Shown: positions 1-8,717 of the stretch, piece after piece | Layout: each line of letters begins with the position of its first letter | Numbering within the stretch: the first letter of the stretch is position 1 | Assembly: GCF_001735745.1 (NCBI RefSeq) | Contig: NZ_CP017260.1 | Location: 300,001 to 332,000 of the forward strand | Length of the DNA stretch: 32,000 nt | Origin: Formosa sp. Hel1_33_131 | Lineage (GTDB): Bacteria; Bacteroidota; Bacteroidia; Flavobacteriales; Flavobacteriaceae | Reading direction: 5' to 3' | The notes under the pieces: generated by a model | Told to the model about the DNA's origin: nothing | Databases searched by the model: none | The model's input: only the letters and a program-made list of their open reading frames with translations | Program-made: the position numbers and the translations under genes

Positions 1-1
1 A

Positions 2-1468
2 CCTTTTGGTTTTAATGGAGATTCTAAGGTCCACACCCCTATTATTGATAACTTAGCAAGTAACGGAATTGTTTTTAACAATGCATTTGTTTCTTCCTCT
101 ATATGCAGCCCAAGTAGGTATAGTATTTTAACAGGAAAATACGCAGGAAGGTCCGAAGGCACTAATTTCTTAAACGGGTATCCCGTAGGGCAATTAAGTC
201 GCGTTGCAAACAATATAGAACTCGAAGAAAATACAGATAATTTACCAAAACTATTACAAGCTGCAGGCTACAATACTGCTTTTATAGGAAAATCTCACAT
301 TGTGGATCATGAATTTTTAAACACCTATACACAAGGCAATTTTGGTTTCATGGCATACGATCAAACCGATGATCCCTATGTAGAAGCAATTTCTGATGCC
401 ATGAAATTTAATCATGATAAATGGGCAGACAGAATTAAAGATTTTGGATTTGATGTTGTGGATGCATTTTATCCCGCAAACTTAAGAGAATTAAAAAATG
501 ATGACTTAAACGTTCACAATGTTGAGTATAAGAATAAAGCGGTTCTCGATTATATTGAGAATGCTAGTGACGACCCTTTCTTTATTTACTACAGTGAAAC
601 GGTGCCTCATGGTCCAGCCCCTTTTTGGTCAAATAATAATAATTTTTATGCCGGTTTAGATTCAGACGTTAATATCACAGCTGAAGGTGTTTTAATACAA
701 GACTATTCGTACTTACCAACACGAGCGCAAATAAAAGATGAAATTTCTAATTTACCTGGAAAGGATATAAAACAAGCTTGGTTGCGTTGGTTTGACCATG
801 CTGTTGGTGCTGTTGTCAGTAAATTAGAGGAAACAGGAAAGTTAGATAACACCATCATCGTTATTACTTCCGATCATGGAGATTTTAACAAAGGGAAATC
901 TACAAATTACGATGCAGGCACAAAAGTACCTTTAATGATCTATTGGCCAGATGGAATTTCGACGCCTTCTACTTACGACGAATTGGTTCAGAATATAGAC
1001 TTCGCCCCTACTTTTTTAGATATTGCGGGTGTAGATATTTCTACTTCAGAGATGGATGGTGTAAGTTTAAAAGAAGTTATTACTAATAATGCTACAGAAG
1101 CTGTTCACGATCATTTATTTTTTGAATTAGGGTTTTCTAGAGCGATTAGAACCAAAGACTGGAAATATGTAACGGTGCGTTATGATGATGCTACAAATCA
1201 AAGAATAGCCGACGGAGACACTTTCAATGGGCCAAACGGAACACAGGTACCTCTACCCTTCTACATCCCAAATGTATCTTTGGGAAGTTTAAGTGCAGCT
1301 GCGTACCCACTGTATCATGTAAAAGACCAATTATTTGATTTAAGCAATGACCCTTATGAAGAAGTCAATCTTTTTGACACTCAATTTGAAATAGCTACAG
1401 AACTAAGGAATACATTAAGAACCGAATTACTTACTTTTATTGACAGACCCTATCAAGAATTTACAGAT
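2..1468 (+). other. Sulfatase module of the fusion protein (paralog of 20401..22041)
   Basis: C-S-P-S-R at 104..118; GKSH, [55 protein letters not shown]. Colinear with the 20401 protein down to RPYQEFTD versus RPYAEFVN-stop. Confidence 0.9.
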
Positions 1469-4108
1469 ACCAGCGTAGATCTAACAGTCACTACAGAAAG
1501 TACTTCAATTTTAGGGAAGGTTTTAGCAGGTTACCAAGGTTGGTTCAATACGCCTACGGATGGTGAAGATTTAAATTGGAAACATTACCAAACCAGTATA
1601 AATGGAGTTAAAAGATTTGAACCTGGCTTTGCCACTTTAGATTTTTGGCCCGATATGAGTGAGGCAGATGCCGATGAAAAATACATCACTACTTTTACAC
1701 ATAAAGATGAAACTGCAGCGCATGTTTTTTCATCTGTAAATACAAAAACAATCAATCGTCATTTTGAATGGATGAATGATTATGGAATCGATGGGGTTTT
1801 CTTTCAACAATTTGCATCGAATCTCAAATCTAATGCACCTAAATTAAAAGCCAATGATAATCTTGTTTTTGATAATATCATAGCAGCTGCTCAGGAAAAT
1901 AACAACAGACTTGTGAGTATTATGTACGATTTATCGGGGTCTAACGCCACTTCAACAATGGTTGAAGACGTGAAACTGCATTGGGAATCCCTTGTTTCAA
2001 GACATGGAGTGAACGATGTCTCAAACAATCATTTATTAACCTACAACCAAAAGCCTGTAGTTGCACTTTGGGGCGTAGGTTTTAATCGAACAGATAATTA
2101 CGATTTAGACGATGTACAAGACTTGATTAACTATTTTAAGAACGATCCAACGTTTGGTGGCTGTTCCGTTTTATTAGGTGTGCCAAGAAGTTGGAGAACA
2201 TTGGACAGTGATGCCGTTAATGACACTCAATTACACACCGTTATAAGATCTGCTGATATTGTACATCCTTGGACGCCTGGGAGGTATAGTAATATCAGTG
2301 GTATCGATAGCCACAAGAATATTATAATTGCGGATAAAGCATGGTGTGATACAGAAAACTTATTATACATGCCTGTCGTTTTTCCAGGGTTTAGCTGGCA
2401 GAATCTAAAGAAAAGCCAAGGCACATTTTCTAGCCTTAACAGTATTCCAAGGTTAAAAGGAGATTTTTTATGGAGACAATTATACAATGCAGTCGATGCC
2501 GGCGCACAAACTCTTTATGTTGCAATGTTTGATGAGATGGACGAAGGGACTTGTATTTTTAAAGTTGATAATAACCCACCGTCAAGTGCATTGACTCAAT
2601 TTACAAACTACGAAGGTTTGCCTAGTGATTATTATTTATGGTTAACAGGAAAAGGTGGTGAAGCTTTGAGAGGAGAAATAGCACTGACCGTGAATCAACC
2701 CATTTATCAAAACTTACCAGAAATTACTGATTATTACGCAGATGAATTTGGAGAGGATAGCAATACAGGAACAAGCCCAGGAACTGCGGTTTCAACTGTT
2801 CATAAAGCTTACTCATTAGCAAACGATGGAAATACAATTAATATATCTGGTACTGTCATACATAATTCTAAAATTTCAGTTCAAAAGAGTCTCAGTTTTA
2901 TTGGCACAGAAAATGCCACAATTTTACCAGATGAGAATAAAGTAGGTACAGACCGGTTGTTTCATATCAGTAGTCCCGATTTGAATGTTTCTTTTTCAGA
3001 CATTACTTTTAAAGGAAACAAAGAATCATCCATTAATGGGGGCGCCATAAATATGAATGCCAACTCTAATTTAACGTTTACCAATAGTGTTTTTGATGAT
3101 AATTCTACAGGCGGCATAGACAAAGCTGGTGGCGGTTTATTTTTTAGTGAAGGAAATGTAACTATTATAAACTCCATTTTCAAAAATAATTTATCTCGAG
3201 GAAACGGAGGCGCCATCAGCGGTTCTGGTGATGGAACGTTAACCATTACGGGGTCTTTATTCATAAATAATACCGCTGCAAATATTAATAAAACGGACGG
3301 AAATGGAGACAGAGCCAATGGTGGTGCCATTAATGTTTATGGAGATGGTAGAGAAGTCATAATGTCTGAAAATACATTTTATAATAACGAGGCAACGTTT
3401 CAAGGTGGTGGTTTATATTTTGGAGGTTTAAATACGACTAATACTTTAGAAAACATAACCATTTTTAGTAACAAAGTAACCTTAACATCAGCAGAATCCG
3501 GAAGAGCGGGAGGAATTAGAATTGAAGGAGATAGAAGTTTCGAGATTAAAAACGCCTTGTTTTATGACAATCGTTTGGGAGATACCGAAAACCCAGAATC
3601 TGATATAAATAGTGCCTCAGCGGTTCAATTAAACTTGATAAATTCATTGTCTGGTAGTTCTGAAGGGTTCGGATCCGATGATGCATATGGCTCTTCAAAA
3701 ATAGACGCCGTTTTGACCTCTTCTAATTTACGTTTTAATGAAACCTCTGGAAAAGTAGAATATGATGAAGCACCAAATGGAGATGACAGTCCTATAGATT
3801 TTGGGGATGATGGGAATGATGCAGGAGCTTGGAACTCAATGTTGGTATTATCTGTTGATGATACTCAAATTTCTAATGATAATTTTGAAGTTCATTTTTA
3901 TAATTTAACCAAAAGTATCAAGGTATTCTCAACGAACAATTTACCATTAGATATAAAAATTTATACGATTCATGGGGCTAGGGTATTAGAGAAAAATCAT
4001 AATAATCCTAAGGAACTTATAAATATAACGCACTTAAAAACAGGTGTTTACATTCTAAATGCAATGGAAAACGGAAAAGAGTTTTCAAAAAAGTTTATTC
4101 TTTATTAA
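2..4108 (+). CDS. Multi-modular secreted enzyme, 5' end cut by the window edge: S1 formylglycine-type sulfatase + GH99/GH71-like glycoside hydrolase + Pmp-like parallel beta-helix + T9SS C-terminal sorting domain
   Basis: The track ORF starts at GTG 302, but the same frame is open back to position 2. There it encodes [53 protein letters not shown], which aligns with residues ~57 onward of the sulfatase at 20401..22041, so the true start lies upstream of the window. CxPxR sulfatase motif at 104..118. Module evidence is listed in the sub-features. Confidence 0.9.
   Translation, partial: [1368 protein letters not shown]
1511..2715 (+). other. GH99/GH71-like (beta/alpha)8 module of the fusion protein (paralog of 11555..12856)
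   Basis: [11 protein letters not shown] (compare the GH99 YYxWY strand-1 motif), [38 protein letters not shown], and [17 protein letters not shown] with ExxE at 2534..2545 (compare GH99 FNEWHEGTQIE). Boundaries are approximate. Confidence 0.7.
2940..3600 (+). other. Parallel beta-helix region with Pmp/PbH1-like repeats
   Basis: Reiterated ~25-30-aa turns carrying GGAI/GGGL plus F-x-(N/D)-N: [136 protein letters not shown]. Boundaries are approximate. Confidence 0.65.
3878..4105 (+). other. T9SS (Por) C-terminal sorting domain
   Basis: The last ~75 aa, [74 protein letters not shown], fit the type-A CTD pattern (I-x-I-Y-x-x-x-G-x-x-V ... L-x-x-G-V-Y-I-L ... K-x-I). Confidence 0.8.
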
Positions 4109-4126
4109 TTCATAATCAACTTAAAA

Positions 4127-5293
4127 ATGTTTAAAAAGAACCTCATCATTTTCTTTGTAAGTTTAGTTCACATTAGTGTGTTTTCTCAAAGTGAGATCAT
4201 CGTTGAAAGTGAAATTGTGGATGTAAACGAGCAACCTCTCGCCTTTACATCCATTAGTATTATGTCTAAATCTATTGGGACAATTAGTAATGAAGACGGT
4301 CGTTTTTATTTGAAATTAACGAAAGAAAATTTAAACGATACGATCACGATTTCTACGCTTGGGTTTAAATCTTTTAAAATAATGGTTCAAGATTTTATAG
4401 ATCAAAAGATTGAAATTGTCACGCTTGAAGAAGACTTGGTATCTCTTGATGAAATCGTCATTCAAGATCCTTCTTCTTATGTGAAATCTGCATTAAAAAA
4501 ACTAAAAGAGACCACCTACAGTAAAGGACATCAATTGAATATTTTATACCGTAGGTTTTCTAATGAAAATAATGTATCACGGTTTTTAGTAGAACATTAT
4601 GTAAAAGTATATGACAATGGACCAACGTCCAGAGAATTTGGACCCATAGAAATTGTAGAAGCTAGAAAGTCTAACGATTATAGATTTGCAAAAAAGAAAC
4701 AGAAATTTCATGCAATTAAAATGATTGCCAAACAAAACCCCTTAAGAATCCGGATTAATCCCAGAAATTACAAATGGAAGATTGTTGATGACACTTCATA
4801 CGATGGCGAAGATGTTATTGTTTTGGAAGGAAAAGTGAAAAACAAAAAAAATAAATGGATCAAATTATACATTGGTTCTGATACAAACAACATCTATAGA
4901 TTAGAAAAATCTGACTTAAATGCTGTATATATTTATAAAAAAACCAAAGATGGAACTATGGTGTTAAGCTACCATAATAGAGAATATGTATTTCGAGAAA
5001 AGGTATCACCCCAAACGAAACGGTTACTTAAATTAAAAGAAGATGAAATTAAACTGTCTTACAGACATGAAGCTATTGTTTTAGGCATTGAAACAAATAG
5101 GAAAAAAATAAGAGTCAGTGAAAATATTAAACCAGGAAAAGATATTGGGGATTACAACTTAAAATACGATTCAGAATTTTGGAAATCAGTCAGCCTACCC
5201 CCCGATTCTAAATTTTATAAAGAAAGTTCCAAACAATTAGAAAACATCTATGGAATTCCTATAGAAACTCAATTTAAAAGAGTCAAAAATTAA
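4127..5293 (+). CDS. Secreted protein of unknown function with a SusC-like N-terminus (carboxypeptidase-regulatory-like domain) but no plug or barrel
   Basis: Signal peptide MFKKNLIIFFVSLVHISVFSQ. Then VDVNEQPLAFTSISIMSKSIGTISNEDGRFYLKL...ITISTLGFKSFKI, the typical CarboxypepD_reg pattern. Then LDEIVI (4445..4462), identical to the hexapeptide at the TonB-box position of the neighbouring SusC (5782..5799). I recognise nothing in the remaining Lys-rich 270 aa. Confidence 0.6.
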   Translation: MFKKNLIIFFVSLVHISVFSQSEIIVESEIVDVNEQPLAFTSISIMSKSIGTISNEDGRFYLKLTKENLNDTITISTLGFKSFKIMVQDFIDQKIEIVTLEEDLVSLDEIVIQDPSSYVKSALKKLKETTYSKGHQLNILYRRFSNENNVSRFLVEHYVKVYDNGPTSREFGPIEIVEARKSNDYRFAKKKQKFHAIKMIAKQNPLRIRINPRNYKWKIVDDTSYDGEDVIVLEGKVKNKKNKWIKLYIGSDTNNIYRLEKSDLNAVYIYKKTKDGTMVLSYHNREYVFREKVSPQTKRLLKLKEDEIKLSYRHEAIVLGIETNRKKIRVSENIKPGKDIGDYNLKYDSEFWKSVSLPPDSKFYKESSKQLENIYGIPIETQFKRVKN

Positions 5294-5478
5294 ATACTAT
5301 TACCCCTTCAAAGAAGCTTACAGTTAAAAAAACGCAGCTATTTTACATTAATTGTAATAGGTTAAGTGAAAATTAATATAAAATTAATAAAAACACATTC
5401 ATTTGTATAAGTTATCAAATAGGTCATTCAATAGGATCTAATAGATCACTTAAAAAATTAAACAACCAAACTTAAAAT

Positions 5479-8400
5479 ATGGAAAAAATAAAAATTATTT
5501 TATTGCTTATAATTTTTCCTCTCTTTGTTTTTTCTCAAGAAAACACCATCCAAGGAACTATTACAAATATCATTGGAGAACCTATTCCGGGAGTTACCAT
5601 TCTTTTAGAAGGAACACAAACTGGATCGTCTTCAGATTTTGATGGTAACTACACCATAAACACACAAAATAAAACGGAAGGTGTTTTAGCCTTTAGTTAT
5701 GTAGGCTTCACAACTGTAAAGATTAGTTTTGTTAAAGACAGCAAAACAATCAATGCCGTACTTGAGGAATCTACAGAAGAATTGGATGAGATTGTAATTA
5801 CAGCATTGGGTATAAAGCGCGATAAAAAATCACTTTCTTATTCTACCCAATCCGTAGATTCAGATGATATGAAAGAGGCTCGATCTACAAATTTCTTGAA
5901 TGCTCTCGCAGGAAAAGCTGCCGGTGTTCAAGTTGTGAGCTCCTCTACTCCTACTGGATCCACACGAGTTATTATTAGAGGTCTTACTTCTATTACAGGG
6001 AATAATCAACCTTTATATATTGTGGACGGTATACCGCTTGACAGCTCACCAGGAGATGGTGGAGTTTCCGTTTGGAACGGAGGGGATGATATCGATTTTG
6101 GAAGTCCTATCTCTACATTAAACCCAGACGACATAGATTCTATTCAAGTTTTAAAAGGGGCGAATGCTTCTGCACTTTATGGCTCAAGAGCTTCAAATGG
6201 TGTTATTATTATTACAACTAAAAAAGCCGAAAAAAGCAAAGGGAAAATTAGAGTCAATCTAAATTCAAATTTTTCTGTAATCTCAAATAGAGAATATCCT
6301 TACTATCAGTACGTATATGGTGCAGGAGACAATGCTAGATTAACGCCTAATGTTAGTAAGTTAGACCCTGAAACAGGGCTTCCTCTTGTTGGAGCGTTTA
6401 GAAGAGCTTATGGAATGCCATTTTTAGGGCAACAAGTTTTAGATTATAACGGAGAAGTTGGTACGTATAAACCCAACGTTAATAATGTTAAAGAACTCTA
6501 TAAAGTAGGAACAGTCGCTACTAATACGTTATCCTTTAGTAGAGCGACAGAAAAAAATACATTTCGTTTTTCATATTCTAGCACCTTAGGGGATCATGTG
6601 ATCGACAGAACGGAAAGAGTCAATAGGAATAATGTGGCGGTACGTTTCTCTCAAGAAATTTCTGACAAACTAAAAGTGAATACCAGTTTAATTTATGTGA
6701 ATCAGAGGGTAGACAACAGAATGTATAGAAATGGTAGTGAAAGAAATCCTGCCAACAACTATATGTACATTTTACCTAACATGTCTCAAAATAATTTATT
6801 TCCTTATAAAGATGAAGACAATAATGCCTTTAATTACGAGGGACCTTTTAATAACCCCTACTGGAATATATACGAAAACACAAATCAAGATATCACAAAT
6901 AGAATTGTTGCGAATGTGACTTTAAATTATCAAATTTTAGACGGCTTAAGTCTAAAAACAAGAATAAATGGAGTGATTAATGATGTGGATCGATTTGAAT
7001 TTAACAATATGGGAGCCGCTTATGATCCAAACGGATTGTACAGAGAAATTGCTGTTAAAAGAGAAAACAGGAATTATGAAGCGATCTTAAATTACACCAA
7101 AAAAATCAACAACATTTCAATTGTTTCCCTTTTAGGAGCTAATAGATTTGATTTAAGAACATCTGGAACACGTAAAACTGCCATTTCACTTTTAGAAAGA
7201 AATATCATGAACCTATCAAATGGTGATGAATTTTCTCCTACAGTATATCTTCCAAATAATAAAACAATAAACTCTGTTTTTGGGTCTGTATCTGCAGGTT
7301 TCAATGATACCTATTTTATTGATATTACTGGAAGGAATGATTGGTCGTCTACACTTCCTTCAAACAATAACTCCTATTTTTATCCATCCATTGGTGGTAC
7401 TACAATCTTCACCAAATTCTTACCTATAAATAACATCTTAACATTTGGTAAAGTAAGAGCTTCATTTGCTCAAGTAGGAAATGATACGTCGTTTGACAGA
7501 ATTATCAATAATTATATTGAGGGTGGAAACTACAACAACACACAATGGTTGGCATTACAAAATCAACGAAAAAATTTAGAATTAAAACCAGAACTAACTT
7601 CCTCTACAGAATTTGGTATTGAAACTAAGTTATTTAATAACAGAATTACCTTAGATGCTACTTACTATAGGTCATCCACAAACAATCAAATTGTTCCAGT
7701 ACAAGTAACTCCAACATCAGGTTTTATTTCGAAAATTATCAATGCTGGAGAAATTCAAAATAAAGGGTTGGAATTGTTTCTATCAGCAAAAATATTAACC
7801 AACCAATTTAAATGGGATACCAGTATAAATTGGTCCAAAAATGAATCTTTAGTGGTGTCTCTAGCCGATGGTGTGGATCGATTGTTACTAAGAAATTTCT
7901 TCAATGTTGGAGTGTATGCGGAAGCTGGAGAAACCTTTGGTAACATTAGAGGGAATGCGCAAGCAAAAGACCCCGTATCAGGAACACCTTTAGTTTTACC
8001 TAATGGACGCGTACGTTGGGATGAAGACCAATATTTAGGAAATGCACAAGCAGACTGGATTGGAAGTCTAAGGAACACTTTTTCCTACAAAGGATTTAAT
8101 TTAAACTTTTTAATTGATGTGAAAATGGGGGGAGAGTTATTTTCTGCCACAATGATCAAAGCAGTAAATCATGGGATTCATGCAGAATCTTTACAAGGAA
8201 GAGAAGAATATTTACTTTCATCTCTAATATTAGGAGAAAATAATGATGAGAGACAAGGAGTAGGATTATTTGGTAATAATTATGCAGATGCTGAAAGAGC
8301 TAAAGGAGTTATCTATAGAGGCGCCGCTTTAGGCGTACAAGATGAGGATGGTAATTGGGTTGCTGAAAGAGATGAGGATGGTAATATTGTGTATTCTCAA

Positions 8401-8715
8401 AGATGGCTAAACCCACAACTCTATGGTTTTGATGGTATTCAAGATCAAGGACGATTTGTTTACGATGCTTCTTATGTAAAATTAAGAGAAATTGTTTTTG
8501 GATATACCTTTCCTCCAAGAATGATTAAAAAATTAAAAGGAGTAAAAAACCTTAAACTTTCAGTTGTTGGAAGAGATTTATGGACGATTTATAGAAATAC
8601 ACCTCAAGGAATCGATCCAGAGGCAGGCACAACATCTGGGAATGGTCAAGGGATAGAGTTTGGTTCTTTTTTACCTACAAGAACCCTTGGTGTTAATTTA
8701 AAAATAGTATTTTAA
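5479..8715 (+). CDS. susC: SusC-like TonB-dependent outer-membrane glycan transporter
   Basis: 1078 aa. Signal peptide; carboxypeptidase-regulatory-like domain (IQGTITNIIGEPIPGVTILLEGTQTGSSSDFDGNYTI); TonB box and plug (LDEIVITALGIKRDKKSLSYSTQSV, NALAGKAAGVQV, IRGLTSITGNNQPLYIVDGIPL, IQVLKGANASALYGSRASNGVIIITTKK). C-terminus LGVNLKIVF. SusD-like gene follows after 2 nt. Confidence 0.95.
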   Translation: MEKIKIILLLIIFPLFVFSQENTIQGTITNIIGEPIPGVTILLEGTQTGSSSDFDGNYTINTQNKTEGVLAFSYVGFTTVKISFVKDSKTINAVLEESTEELDEIVITALGIKRDKKSLSYSTQSVDSDDMKEARSTNFLNALAGKAAGVQVVSSSTPTGSTRVIIRGLTSITGNNQPLYIVDGIPLDSSPGDGGVSVWNGGDDIDFGSPISTLNPDDIDSIQVLKGANASALYGSRASNGVIIITTKKAEKSKGKIRVNLNSNFSVISNREYPYYQYVYGAGDNARLTPNVSKLDPETGLPLVGAFRRAYGMPFLGQQVLDYNGEVGTYKPNVNNVKELYKVGTVATNTLSFSRATEKNTFRFSYSSTLGDHVIDRTERVNRNNVAVRFSQEISDKLKVNTSLIYVNQRVDNRMYRNGSERNPANNYMYILPNMSQNNLFPYKDEDNNAFNYEGPFNNPYWNIYENTNQDITNRIVANVTLNYQILDGLSLKTRINGVINDVDRFEFNNMGAAYDPNGLYREIAVKRENRNYEAILNYTKKINNISIVSLLGANRFDLRTSGTRKTAISLLERNIMNLSNGDEFSPTVYLPNNKTINSVFGSVSAGFNDTYFIDITGRNDWSSTLPSNNNSYFYPSIGGTTIFTKFLPINNILTFGKVRASFAQVGNDTSFDRIINNYIEGGNYNNTQWLALQNQRKNLELKPELTSSTEFGIETKLFNNRITLDATYYRSSTNNQIVPVQVTPTSGFISKIINAGEIQNKGLELFLSAKILTNQFKWDTSINWSKNESLVVSLADGVDRLLLRNFFNVGVYAEAGETFGNIRGNAQAKDPVSGTPLVLPNGRVRWDEDQYLGNAQADWIGSLRNTFSYKGFNLNFLIDVKMGGELFSATMIKAVNHGIHAESLQGREEYLLSSLILGENNDERQGVGLFGNNYADAERAKGVIYRGAALGVQDEDGNWVAERDEDGNIVYSQRWLNPQLYGFDGIQDQGRFVYDASYVKLREIVFGYTFPPRMIKKLKGVKNLKLSVVGRDLWTIYRNTPQGIDPEAGTTSGNGQGIEFGSFLPTRTLGVNLKIVF
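8341..8385 (+). repeat. 15-nt direct repeat (gatgaggatggtaat) at 30-nt spacing inside susC, encoding two DEDGN motifs
   Basis: gatgaggatggtaat occurs at 8341..8355 and again at 8371..8385. Translated: QDEDGNWVAERDEDGNIVY. Confidence 0.9.
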
Positions 8716-8717
8716 TT

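Noticed and set aside
302-304. GTG at 302 given by the ORF track as the start of the 1268-aa ORF
   Set aside because: The frame stays open to position 2, and the upstream 100 codons encode sulfatase sequence, including the CxPxR active-site motif, colinear with the paralog at 20401..22041. The real start is outside the window.
2227-3330. Minus-strand ORFs 2227..2487 and 2962..3330
   Set aside because: They lie entirely antisense to a strongly supported multidomain CDS. Their products are low-complexity (Pro/Leu/Phe-rich mirror of the GGAI repeats) with no recognisable motifs, so they are likely spurious.
5398-5405. TTCATTTG as a Bacteroidota -7 promoter element upstream of susC
   Set aside because: It deviates from TAnnTTTG at the second position, and I found no -33 TTG at appropriate spacing. 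In such AT-rich DNA this match is expected by chance, so it is not reported as a feature.
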